Shown: positions 18,854 through 27,334 of the stretch, one piece after another | Layout of the letters: every line of letters starts with the position of its first letter | Position numbering within the stretch: the stretch's first letter is position 1 | Assembly: GCA_050008515.1 (NCBI GenBank) | Contig: JBEKMM010000004.1 | Span: 83,343-147,342, forward strand | Direction of reading: 5' to 3' | Source: Candidatus Limnocylindrales bacterium | GTDB lineage: Bacteria; Chloroflexota; Limnocylindria; Limnocylindrales; CSP1-4 | Length of the DNA stretch: 64,000 bases | The notes under the pieces: model-generated | Told to the model about the DNA's origin: nothing | Database searches by the model: none | The model's input: only the letters and a program-made list of their open reading frames with translations | Translations under genes and position numbers: made by a program

Positions 18854-21800
18854 GTTCTTGCCCCCGCCCCCGCCTCCGCCCCCGGCCGGCCAGCTGCCCG
18901 GGGCCTCCTCCTGCCGAGCGGGAGCCGAACCATGAACGCCGTTCCCAGGCCGAGGACCGACTCGACCTCGATCGTTCCGCCATGCGCGGTCACGATCTCG
19001 CGCGCCACGTAGAGCCCGAGACCCAGCCCGGCCGACGGCTTCTGCCCCAGCAGCGTATACGGCTGAAACAGCTGCGGCAGCACGCTGCTCCCGATTCCCG
19101 GGCCATGATCGCGGACTTCGACGACGCCCGTCGAGCCGGATCGACGCACGGTCACGTCGACGGTCGACGACGTCGCCGCGTGCTCGACGGCGTTGGAGAG
19201 GAGATTGACGAAGACCTGCCCCAGGCGACCGGCATCCGCCTGGACGAAGATCGGTCCGCGAGTCGACGAGACCCGAATCGGCGGTGCCTTCGGCAGCGCT
19301 CCGGCGACCTCGACGGCATTACGCACGACCGCAGTCAGATCGATCGGTGCGATAGCAAGCTCGAGTCGACCTGCCTGGATGCGGCTCACGTCGAAGAGGC
19401 GCTCTACGAGCTCTCCGATCTGCCTCGTCTGCGCGAGTGCCCGGTTCGCATAGGCACGGGCCTGCGCGGAATCCTCCGGGCCCAAGTGACGCTCGACGAG
19501 CTGGAGGTAACCATGCAGGGCGGCTACCGGGGTCTTGAGCTCGTGACCCGCCGAGGCCATCAAGCGCTCCAAGCTGAGGCGCATCGTGCGCTCGGACAGG
19601 TCCCGGATCGTAACCACTCCGCCCCAGGTCCGGTCGCCGGCGGTGAGCGGCTCGGCCACGGCCTCGAACCAGCGCCGAATCCCCCCAGGCGGCGTCACGG
19701 CGAACTCCATGCGGAACCGTTCACCTCGGGCCGCCCGTCGTTGCGGCCAGTCGGCCCGCGGAATCGGGAGGCCGGCAGCATCCTCAGGCTCGATCTCAGC
19801 CTCGACGCCACCGAAGGTCCGATCGTAGGCGTCGTTGGTCGCGACGATCCGGCCCTCGTGGTCGACCGCGACGACCGCGTCGCCGAGGCTGGCCAGGATC
19901 GATCGGAGGCGATCGTGCTCTTCCTGGAGGCTCAACCTCTGCTGCTCGAGCGCCGTGGTTTTGACACTGAGCTCTTCGGTGCGCGTCGCGAGATCCTCAT
20001 TCGCCACCCGAAGCTCCTCGACGCTCGCGGTCAGTTCCTCGTTGAGGGTTTCGAGCTCCTCGTTGGTGGCCTGGAACTCCTCGTTGACGGTTTCGACTTC
20101 CTCGCGAGTGGCCTGCGCGTCCTCGCTGGCAAGGAGCATCGATTCGTTCGCCGCCCGAAGCTCCGCGACCAGGGCGGCCAGCTCCTCGTTCGCTCGAAGG
20201 AGCCGGCCGTTCGTGGCGACCGCCTTCTCGAGCCGCTGCCGCGTCCGGAGGTCGGCACGACGCTCCTGTTCGAGCCTCGTCGCATCGGTCAGCTCAATGA
20301 CGACACCTTCGACGGCTTGCATCTCGACACGGTAGGGGCGGACCGTGGCCTCCACGAAATGGGTCGTCTCGCTGGCGGCGTCCGAGGGTTCCACCTCGAA
20401 CACGGCCGAGGTGGTCTTGCCGGTCAAAGCGGAGTCGATGGCCGCTCGGATGGCGCTGGGCGGAAGAACCTCCGCGAGGTGGATGAAATCCTGGTCGTAG
20501 GCCGTGCCGTGGATGCCGAGCATCTGGCGTGCCGCGGAGTTGATGCGCAGGATGTAGTAGCGCGGATCGACGACGACGATACCGACGGTCAGGTTGAGGA
20601 GCAGGCTATCCGCCGACGCCGACGAATCCGCCACCCGCCGGACGTCGCGGTGCGTGACACGGATGGCCTGGTCGAGCTGGGATTCCTGGCTACGACGCGG
20701 GCGGAGCACCGCCGGTCGCATCGGTGGGATCGCGTAGCTCCCGGGCAGCCGCCGATAGACGCGCAGGCGCGCCTGCTCCTCTTCGAATGGCTCCGGCAAG
20801 GCCATGACGGTCTCGGATGGACCGAGGGCCAGCCTACCGCCGGGCCGCAACGAGAACGCGAAGGTTTCGAGAGCGATCCGCTGCATCGGCGCGGTGAAGT
20901 AGATCAGGACGTTCCGGCAGAGGAGGAGATCGATCCGCGGGAACGGCGCGCGCTCGCCGAGATCGTGCTCGCCGAAGACCATGAGGGCACGCAGCCGTTT
21001 GCCGACCTCGTAGCCGCCGTCCGATTTCACGAAGTAGCGGTCTCGAGCACCTGCGGGCAGGCCCTTGAGGGCAGCTGGCTGATAGACACCCCGGCGCGCG
21101 AAGGCGATCGCCTCGCGGTCGATGTCGGTCGCGAAGATCCGGACCTCCGGCCACGGGAACTCTTCTCCGAGGGCATCGGCAACGATGATGGCCGCTGAGT
21201 AGGCCTCTTCGCCGGTCGAGCAGCCGGCCGACCAGATGCGGAGCTCCCGCTGATCGCGTCGGGCCTCCGCTATCAGCTCGGGGAGTACACGGCCGCGCAG
21301 GTACTCGAAAAGCTTCGGGTCCCGGAAGAACTCCGTGACCTTGATCAGGAGGCTGTTGACGAGCCGGGCGAACTCCTCGGGATCGGACTCCAGATATGCC
21401 GCGTACGCGGCTAGCGTTGGGCGCGATGTGGCGTTCATTCGGCCGCGCAACCGCCGCAGAATCGTGGCCGGCTTGTAGCTGCTGAAGTCGATGCCGCTTC
21501 GCTCGTGGATCCGTTCGAGGAGGTCGCGGAGCTCGTCGTGATCGGGCCCCTCCGCGGGAGCGTTACCGGCCGCCAGGAGATCGCCCAGGATCCGTCCGAT
21601 CGAGTCGAGGTCAGCCGTCGCGTCGACCAGGGAGGGGGGAATCGAGCTCGGCATCGAGGGGAACATCGCCGTCGCGGGGTTCTCGATCACGACCGCTCCG
21701 CCCGCCTTCTTGACGTGCCACGCTCCCGCGGATCCGTCGGACCCGCTGCCGGTGAGGATCACTGCGATGAGTCCGGGACCGAAGACACCGGCCGCGCTCT

Positions 21801-22152
21801 CCAGCAACACGTCGATGGAGGGTGCGACTGCGCCGGCCTTGGCCGCGCGAAGCCGCAGGGCGCCGGAGCTGATCTCGACGAGCCGGTTCGAAGGAACGAC
21901 GAAGATCACGCCGTCCTCCAGGGCCTCCCGCTCCTCGACCACTCGGACGGGCAGCGTGGCGTGGCGGGCGAGAATCTCGTGCAGATGGCTGGGGCGGCGG
22001 GGGTCGAGATGCTGCGCGATCACGATCGGCGCCGGGAAGTCGGCCGGCAGGCTCGCCACCACGCGCGAGAGCGCCTCGATGCCGCCCGCCGATGATCCGA
22101 TCACGACGAGCTGAGATTCCTGGGGGACCGCCGGTCGCGCCACGATGGCCAC
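18850..22152 (-). CDS. CheB methylesterase-CheR methyltransferase-PAS-coiled coil-PAS-histidine kinase fusion protein
   Basis: CheB (GSSAGGIEAL, IAQHLDP); CheR SAM-binding region (IWSAGCSTGEEAYS); heptad coiled-coil NEELETLNEELTASVEELRVANEDL; PAS modules; HisKA (AGHELKTPVAAL); HATPase_c (GLGLGLYVAREIV). Confidence 0.85.
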   Translation of the reverse strand: MAIVARPAVPQESQLVVIGSSAGGIEALSRVVASLPADFPAPIVIAQHLDPRRPSHLHEILARHATLPVRVVEEREALEDGVIFVVPSNRLVEISSGALRLRAAKAGAVAPSIDVLLESAAGVFGPGLIAVILTGSGSDGSAGAWHVKKAGGAVVIENPATAMFPSMPSSIPPSLVDATADLDSIGRILGDLLAAGNAPAEGPDHDELRDLLERIHERSGIDFSSYKPATILRRLRGRMNATSRPTLAAYAAYLESDPEEFARLVNSLLIKVTEFFRDPKLFEYLRGRVLPELIAEARRDQRELRIWSAGCSTGEEAYSAAIIVADALGEEFPWPEVRIFATDIDREAIAFARRGVYQPAALKGLPAGARDRYFVKSDGGYEVGKRLRALMVFGEHDLGERAPFPRIDLLLCRNVLIYFTAPMQRIALETFAFSLRPGGRLALGPSETVMALPEPFEEEQARLRVYRRLPGSYAIPPMRPAVLRPRRSQESQLDQAIRVTHRDVRRVADSSASADSLLLNLTVGIVVVDPRYYILRINSAARQMLGIHGTAYDQDFIHLAEVLPPSAIRAAIDSALTGKTTSAVFEVEPSDAASETTHFVEATVRPYRVEMQAVEGVVIELTDATRLEQERRADLRTRQRLEKAVATNGRLLRANEELAALVAELRAANESMLLASEDAQATREEVETVNEEFQATNEELETLNEELTASVEELRVANEDLATRTEELSVKTTALEQQRLSLQEEHDRLRSILASLGDAVVAVDHEGRIVATNDAYDRTFGGVEAEIEPEDAAGLPIPRADWPQRRAARGERFRMEFAVTPPGGIRRWFEAVAEPLTAGDRTWGGVVTIRDLSERTMRLSLERLMASAGHELKTPVAALHGYLQLVERHLGPEDSAQARAYANRALAQTRQIGELVERLFDVSRIQAGRLELAIAPIDLTAVVRNAVEVAGALPKAPPIRVSSTRGPIFVQADAGRLGQVFVNLLSNAVEHAATSSTVDVTVRRSGSTGVVEVRDHGPGIGSSVLPQLFQPYTLLGQKPSAGLGLGLYVAREIVTAHGGTIEVESVLGLGTAFMVRLPLGRRRPRAAGRPGAEAGAGART

Positions 22153-22382
22153 ATTATGGTGGGCGGTCGAGTGGAATGGGTCGTGGTCTCCGCCAGACCG
22201 TCCGTCGACGTCGGCTCAGGGTTTCCATCCTCGCAGGACGAACAGCCAAAGCCTACTTTGGGGGCCTGGGTGAGTCCTATCGAGCCGCCGAGACGCGTTC
22301 GAGGCCCCGGGCCTGCTCATGGGACTCATAAGCGCTCTACTGACCCTCGCCGTGACAGTCGGTGTGGCACGGAGGATCAGAC

Positions 22383-22796
22383 ATGACGACGATGGAGGTC
22401 ACGATGGAGACCCAGGACGACGGACAGGAGTCGTTCGAGCGTGTGCGCAGCGCGATCGATCAGGCGCGAACCGAGGTGTCCGAGGCCATCGGGCACGTGC
22501 CGGAGATCGCCGGCCAGGCCCGCGATCGCGCGGAGCATGTCGCCGATCGGCTCCCCGGGGCGTTCGACAGCATTCGATCGGGCGCGGAGAGCACCGTGAC
22601 CCGCCTGCAAACGATGCCCGATTCGGCGCTGCGTCTGCTGGCAGCCGCCTCGCTCGGTTTGGGTGCCGGGCTCCGTCTTGCTGGGGCGCCGCGCCTTGTC
22701 ACGCTGGCCGGCTTCGCTCCCGCGTCGATCCTCGGCTTCGCGATCGTGTCCCGTCCACGCCGATCTCACCAGGCGCCGCACCCGGCTCGGCCCTAG
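22383..22796 (+). CDS. hypothetical protein with C-terminal hydrophobic segment
   Basis: GGAGGA RBS before ATG 22383 (MTTMEVTMETQ). Acidic N-terminal half, C-terminal TM-like stretch. Confidence 0.4.
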   Translation: MTTMEVTMETQDDGQESFERVRSAIDQARTEVSEAIGHVPEIAGQARDRAEHVADRLPGAFDSIRSGAESTVTRLQTMPDSALRLLAAASLGLGAGLRLAGAPRLVTLAGFAPASILGFAIVSRPRRSHQAPHPARP

Positions 22797-22849
22797 CGCC
22801 GAGCGCCGCGGATACGCACCGTCGCACCTGCGCGGCAGGCCCTCCTGGA

Positions 22850-23650
22850 TCAGTGCATGTAAGTTCCGGTCGGATCAACCTCCCGCAAGCCCGAGCGGCG
22901 GAGCGCAAACCACACCAGGTCCGAGAATTCCGCCTGGAGTGCCGGAGTCGCGCCAGAGGCGTCGAGTCTCCCCTCATGCATCAGCTCGTTTCGGACCTTG
23001 TAGGCCCGCTGAGTCAGCGTGCGGCCTCTGACCATGGGATTGGCGATTCCCAGATGGGACAAAGCCCTTGCCACCTTCTGGTGCTTTCGCCCGGGGAAGC
23101 GCTCCGCAAGCGCTTCAAGAATCAACCAGAGGCGAGCGATGGCAGCGGACGGGTTCGTGTCCCGGCATGCTTCCGAGAATAGATCGGCTAACACCTTCGC
23201 TTGAGGGTGATCGGTGAAGGCGTCCAGGACTCTGAGCAACTCCTCCTGCTCCGAGACGATAGGGACATTCGTTGTCTTCCGGTAGTCGGCGCGAACGTAC
23301 CTCGCCTCATACTCCCCATTTCCCAGGTCGACAAACGCCCCCAGCGGCCTGCCGCGCCCGAACTGGCTATACACAAGGGCGGTCGCGACCGCCATGGCTC
23401 TGGATGCCGTGGACGACAGCGCTTCGTCGACTTCCGTCGCCTCGATTCCCCGAAGGACGATGGCCACCATGTCCACGATGGGAGTCCGCCAGCTGGCGAA
23501 GGTGAATTCGCGCCCGAATGAGGCCGCGAACGACTTCGCGGCCTCATGCAAGGCACAGTCTTCGGCGCTCAACGGAAGAACGGCGAACTCATCGAATCTG
23601 AGTTCTTTGGGCACATAGAGCTGATCGAAGAACCATATGACTGTGGCCAT
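22850..23650 (-). CDS. hypothetical protein with C-terminal R-x4-H (HEPN-like) motif, in a lower-GC island
   Basis: Coding region is about 58-62% GC by hand count against about 70% in flanks. C-terminal motif KVRNELMHEG fits the HEPN Rx4-6H signature. Start MATVIWFF at 23648-23650. Confidence 0.45.
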   Translation of the reverse strand: MATVIWFFDQLYVPKELRFDEFAVLPLSAEDCALHEAAKSFAASFGREFTFASWRTPIVDMVAIVLRGIEATEVDEALSSTASRAMAVATALVYSQFGRGRPLGAFVDLGNGEYEARYVRADYRKTTNVPIVSEQEELLRVLDAFTDHPQAKVLADLFSEACRDTNPSAAIARLWLILEALAERFPGRKHQKVARALSHLGIANPMVRGRTLTQRAYKVRNELMHEGRLDASGATPALQAEFSDLVWFALRRSGLREVDPTGTYMH

Positions 23651-23983
23651 GTTGCCCCCTAGACGAGAAGTCTGGGCCGCGCTCGCCACTCTGGACGCTC
23701 TAGCGACAGAAGGCCGGCCCGACCGCCTGACGGCCTGGCCAAGGTCTCCGGCGCTGATGCTTCGCGCGCGGGCATCCTACGCCGTGAAGAGGCGACGGCC
23801 AACCCAACTTCGCTGAGACTGGGACTCCCCTCGACTCCGTTTCCACCGATTCGCGATCGGGGTTTTCATCCTCGCGGGACGCCCGGGGCAGGTCCAGTAT
23901 CGACCAACGACCACGGATCGAAGGCTCCACCGGCTGAATCGCCGGATGCAGGTCCATCGTCCGTCGCCGGGAAGAAGACCACC

Positions 23984-24397
23984 GTGACAATTCAGGAACA
24001 GCGGAGCGTCACCACCGACGCGCCGACCCCCACCGAGTCCGGTGGCTTGAGCAACCGGACCGTGACCAGGCGGCAGCTCGACTTTCGGCCCAGCAACAAC
24101 GAGACAACCCGCCGCATCGTCGTCCTCGTCTTCGGCCTAGTTCAGATCGTGATCGGGCTGCGGATTGTGCTGCTGCTTCTGGACGCCCGAACGGGCAACC
24201 TGCTCGTCTCGATCATCAACAACGTAGGCGGCGCCCTGGCCGCTCCGTTCCAGGGGATCCTGCGCATCAGCGCCGTATCGGCCGGGGGCTCCGTGCTCGA
24301 TGTCGCCGCGGTCGTCGCCCTTGTGGGCTGGACGATCGTCGAGCTGATCGTTCTCTGGAGCCTCGCGATCTTCCGGCACGAGCCCGCTCTCTCCTGA
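23984..24397 (+). CDS. hypothetical membrane protein
   Basis: Two or three predicted TM helices (IVVLVFGLVQIVIGLRIVLLLL, VAAVVALVGWTIVELIVLWSLAIF). Confidence 0.45.
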   Translation: MTIQEQRSVTTDAPTPTESGGLSNRTVTRRQLDFRPSNNETTRRIVVLVFGLVQIVIGLRIVLLLLDARTGNLLVSIINNVGGALAAPFQGILRISAVSAGGSVLDVAAVVALVGWTIVELIVLWSLAIFRHEPALS

Positions 24398-24483
24398 TCC
24401 ACCCCTCAGAGTACGCAGCCCCCGCCGACCGGTTTCCGGTCTACGCCTGCCAAGAAAGAAGAACTTCCGTGGACATTCCTCAA

Positions 24484-24753
24484 ATGACACTCGTTACCTG
24501 GATCGTCGTCGGCGCGATTGCCGGCTTCCTCGCCAGTCTCATTTCCGGGTCCCGTGAGGGCCTGATCATGATGGTCGTGCTCGGAATCGTGGGCGCCATC
24601 GTCGGCGGATGGGTCGCCGTCGATCTCCTCAAGATCTCCGGCGTGACTGGCGTCAACACCCAGAGCATCATCGTCGCCGTGGTCGGCGCACTCATCGTCA
24701 TCTTCGTCGTCGGAAGCCTTGGCGGCCGGCGTCGCTCGTTCGGCTGGCGCTGA
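24484..24753 (+). CDS. GlsB/YeaQ/YmgE family (transglycosylase-associated) small membrane protein
   Basis: MTLVTWIVVGAIAGFLASLI...GIVGAIVGGWV pattern typical of this roughly 85-aa stress-membrane protein family. Confidence 0.7.
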   Translation: MTLVTWIVVGAIAGFLASLISGSREGLIMMVVLGIVGAIVGGWVAVDLLKISGVTGVNTQSIIVAVVGALIVIFVVGSLGGRRRSFGWR

Positions 24754-24864
24754 TCCGAGGGGCGCCCCCCGGGGCGCTCGCCTCGATCTAGCGAAGCCAG
24801 GCAGGGTCGGTCCCCCGTGGAGGGCCGATCCTGCTTCTTTGAGCCAGCGCAGTGGAGCCACCCG

Positions 24865-26027
24865 ATGAGACCGCGCGTCGCCTTCGTATCGACCTATCCA
24901 CCTCGTCGCTGCGGCATCGCAACCTTCACGCGGGATCTGGCGGCTGCCGTGGGCAACCGCGAGATCGTGGCCATTCACCGGTCGGGCGATCCAATGCTGT
25001 ATCCGCTCGAAGTCTCAGGACTGGTCGGGACGGACGATCGCTCGGACTACCTCAGGGCTGCCGAGCGGGTATCTGCATCCGGCACCGAGGTAGTCTCGAT
25101 CCAGCACGAATACGGCCTTTTCGGCGGCCAGGACGGCGCTTACATCCTCGACCTCGTCGATCGCCTCACCGTGCCGGCCGTGGCGACCCTGCACACGGTG
25201 CTGCGACAGCCTAGCGCGTCCCAGCGCGACGTCATGTCGCGACTCCTCGACCGGACCGCTGCCGTCGTGGTCATGTCAAGAGCTGCCTCGAGGTTGCTCC
25301 AGGACGGGTACCTGCTATGTCGCAGACACGGGTGATTCCCCATGGGGTTCCAGATCTGCCGCTCGTCGATCCGGGCCTGCACAAGCCGGACTTCGGGCTC
25401 GACGGTCGGTCGGTGATCCTGAGCTTCGGGCTGCTCGGGCCGGGCAAGGGCTATGAATTGGTGATCGAAGCCATGTCGCGCGTGAGAAGGGATCGACCGG
25501 ACGCCCTCTATGTCGTGCTTGGGGCGACTCATCCGAACCTCGTCCGCACCGAGGGCGAGGCCTACCGCGATCGACTGCGAAGGGCCGTGAACGACCTGGG
25601 CCTTGGCGAGCACGTCCTCTTCGTCGACCGCTTCGTCGGGCAGGAAGAGCTTGGCAGATGGCTCCAGGCTGCGGACATCTTCGTCACGCCATATCCCAAC
25701 CTCGACCAGATCGTCTCCGGCACGCTTTCCTACGCGATGGCTGCGGGAAGACCGGTCGTCTCCACGCCCTTCGCGTATGCCTCCGAGGTGCTTTCCGGCG
25801 GTCGTGGTGTCCTTGTCGCGCCCCACTCCGCGGAGGCCCTGGCGAATGCATTGAGCGACCTTCTCGGCGACAGGGCCCGCCGCTTGGAGATCGGTCGACG
25901 GGCCTACGCCTTCAGTCGCGGACGGATCTGGCGGGAGGTCGGCGCCGCCTATGGAGCGCTATTCGCCCAGGTCGCGCGCGGCGTCGAGATTTCGTACGAC
26001 GCCCCAGCCCTTGCGGCTCATGGCTGA
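24865..26027 (+). pseudogene. GT4-family glycosyltransferase split by a frameshift near 25310-25335
   Basis: Track ORF 24817..25335 encodes the GT4 N-terminal Rossmann half. ORF 25317..26027, in a different frame, encodes the C-terminal half beginning (R)VIPHGVPD. The junction ...LQDGY / VIPHGV matches a contiguous GT4 sequence. Confidence 0.6.
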
Positions 26028-26658
26028 GCCGGCACGCCTCCACACGGCCCGACGAGAACACCTCGCGCCCCGCTTCGGCGCCCCAGGACGCGACCCAGCC
26101 AATCTCTCGCACCTGGGCATCCAACGGGTCGTCGAGGCGGCCTCTCGCAAGGGAGTCGCACTCGATATTCGGCTCATGGCCGGGTGGGCGCGCACCGCCG
26201 AGGAAACGGCAGTGGCAGTCCACGCCGAACTCGGTCAGATCGTCAACTCCATCGTTCTCGTGGCTCCGCGCCCCGAGGGTCGGTTGATCCCGATCGTCTT
26301 TCTGGTCTCCGGACGCAACCAGGTCGACCTGGGTTTGCTCGCCGCGGTGACGGGGGAGAGCTCAGTTCGCAGAGCAACCGCACGCGAGACGACCGAGCTC
26401 ACCGGCTACTCCGCGGGCGGGATTCCGCCATTCGGACATGGCCGGGACGTGCGCGTCGTGATGGACCAGGATCTATGCCAGTACCAGTCGGTCTGGGCTG
26501 CGGCCGGGACGGACGCCGCCGTCTTCCAGATTGCACCCCGGACCCTGCGAATGCTGTGCAACGCCGTCGTGGCCCCACTGGCGCAGGCATCCTTGGTGCG
26601 CCGAGCCGGCCTCCAGTTCGAGCCGCGGCTCCAGTGCGGGGCTGGCACAGGCGCTTAG
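26020..26658 (+). CDS. YbaK/ProX-type aminoacyl-tRNA deacylase domain protein
   Basis: GYSAGGIPPFGH motif and overall similarity to YbaK/EbsC editing domains. ATG at 26020 overlaps the GT4 stop by 8 nt. Confidence 0.7.
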   Translation: MAEPARLHTARREHLAPRFGAPGRDPANLSHLGIQRVVEAASRKGVALDIRLMAGWARTAEETAVAVHAELGQIVNSIVLVAPRPEGRLIPIVFLVSGRNQVDLGLLAAVTGESSVRRATARETTELTGYSAGGIPPFGHGRDVRVVMDQDLCQYQSVWAAAGTDAAVFQIAPRTLRMLCNAVVAPLAQASLVRRAGLQFEPRLQCGAGTGA

Positions 26659-26883
26659 GGGGAGCGCAGCATCTGGGCCCGGCGGCCGCCGTCTCGCCGG
26701 GCGCATGATCAGGCACACGTTGCTACGAGGCCGTCCGTGGCGCCGAACGCGGTTGGGCGCAGGATGCTCGAGCCGCGTATCTCGTGGGGCCTGTCGGCGT
26801 GGCGAGCAGAGCCCGCCAGCCGGACCAGGTGGCATTCACGACTGTGAACCGGGCGCCCGGATCTCCGGCTCGCGCCCGAAAGG

Positions 26884-27048
26884 TCAGATGATGAAGGACA
26901 GGAAGCCGAAGAACAGGCCCAGGTCGGTCCAGTCGATCTTGCCGCCGAATGAGAACACACCGGCATACGTGAGCACGGCGATCGCGAAGCAGATGCAGGC
27001 CACGAGGAGCGCCAGCCTGTCTCCGCCCCAGGATCCTCTACCAGCCAT
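26884..27048 (-). CDS. candidate 54-aa small membrane protein (not in ORF track)
   Basis: AGGAGATACCAAATG on minus strand; encodes MAGRGSWGGDRLALLVACICFAIAVLTYAGVFSFGGKIDWTDLGLFFGFLSFII with two hydrophobic segments. Confidence 0.4.
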   Translation of the reverse strand: MAGRGSWGGDRLALLVACICFAIAVLTYAGVFSFGGKIDWTDLGLFFGFLSFII

Positions 27049-27334
27049 TTGGTATCTCCTTCATCGGAGCCTGACCCGCTGGACCGATATGAGCGCAGTC
27101 GGAGTAGGCCCGACTTGAGTCTGACCACGCCCGGCCACCGGCCGTGAGGATGAAGACCCCATGCTTGCCTGAAATCGAGGCGCGGGCTCGGACCGCGTTC
27201 CGGCCCTGTCTGGCGCTGCCCCAATCACCCGAGGATGGTCGTCATGATCAAGCCGGCGGCGGCCAAGCCCATGACGATCGTGATCGCCGAAGCGCGTCAG
27301 CGGGCGGTTCTCGGCCCGCAGCTCGGGCACGGCG

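Noticed and set aside
18982-21198. 738-aa plus-strand ORF
   Set aside because: It is antisense to the CheB-CheR-HK fusion gene, which has many recognisable motifs.
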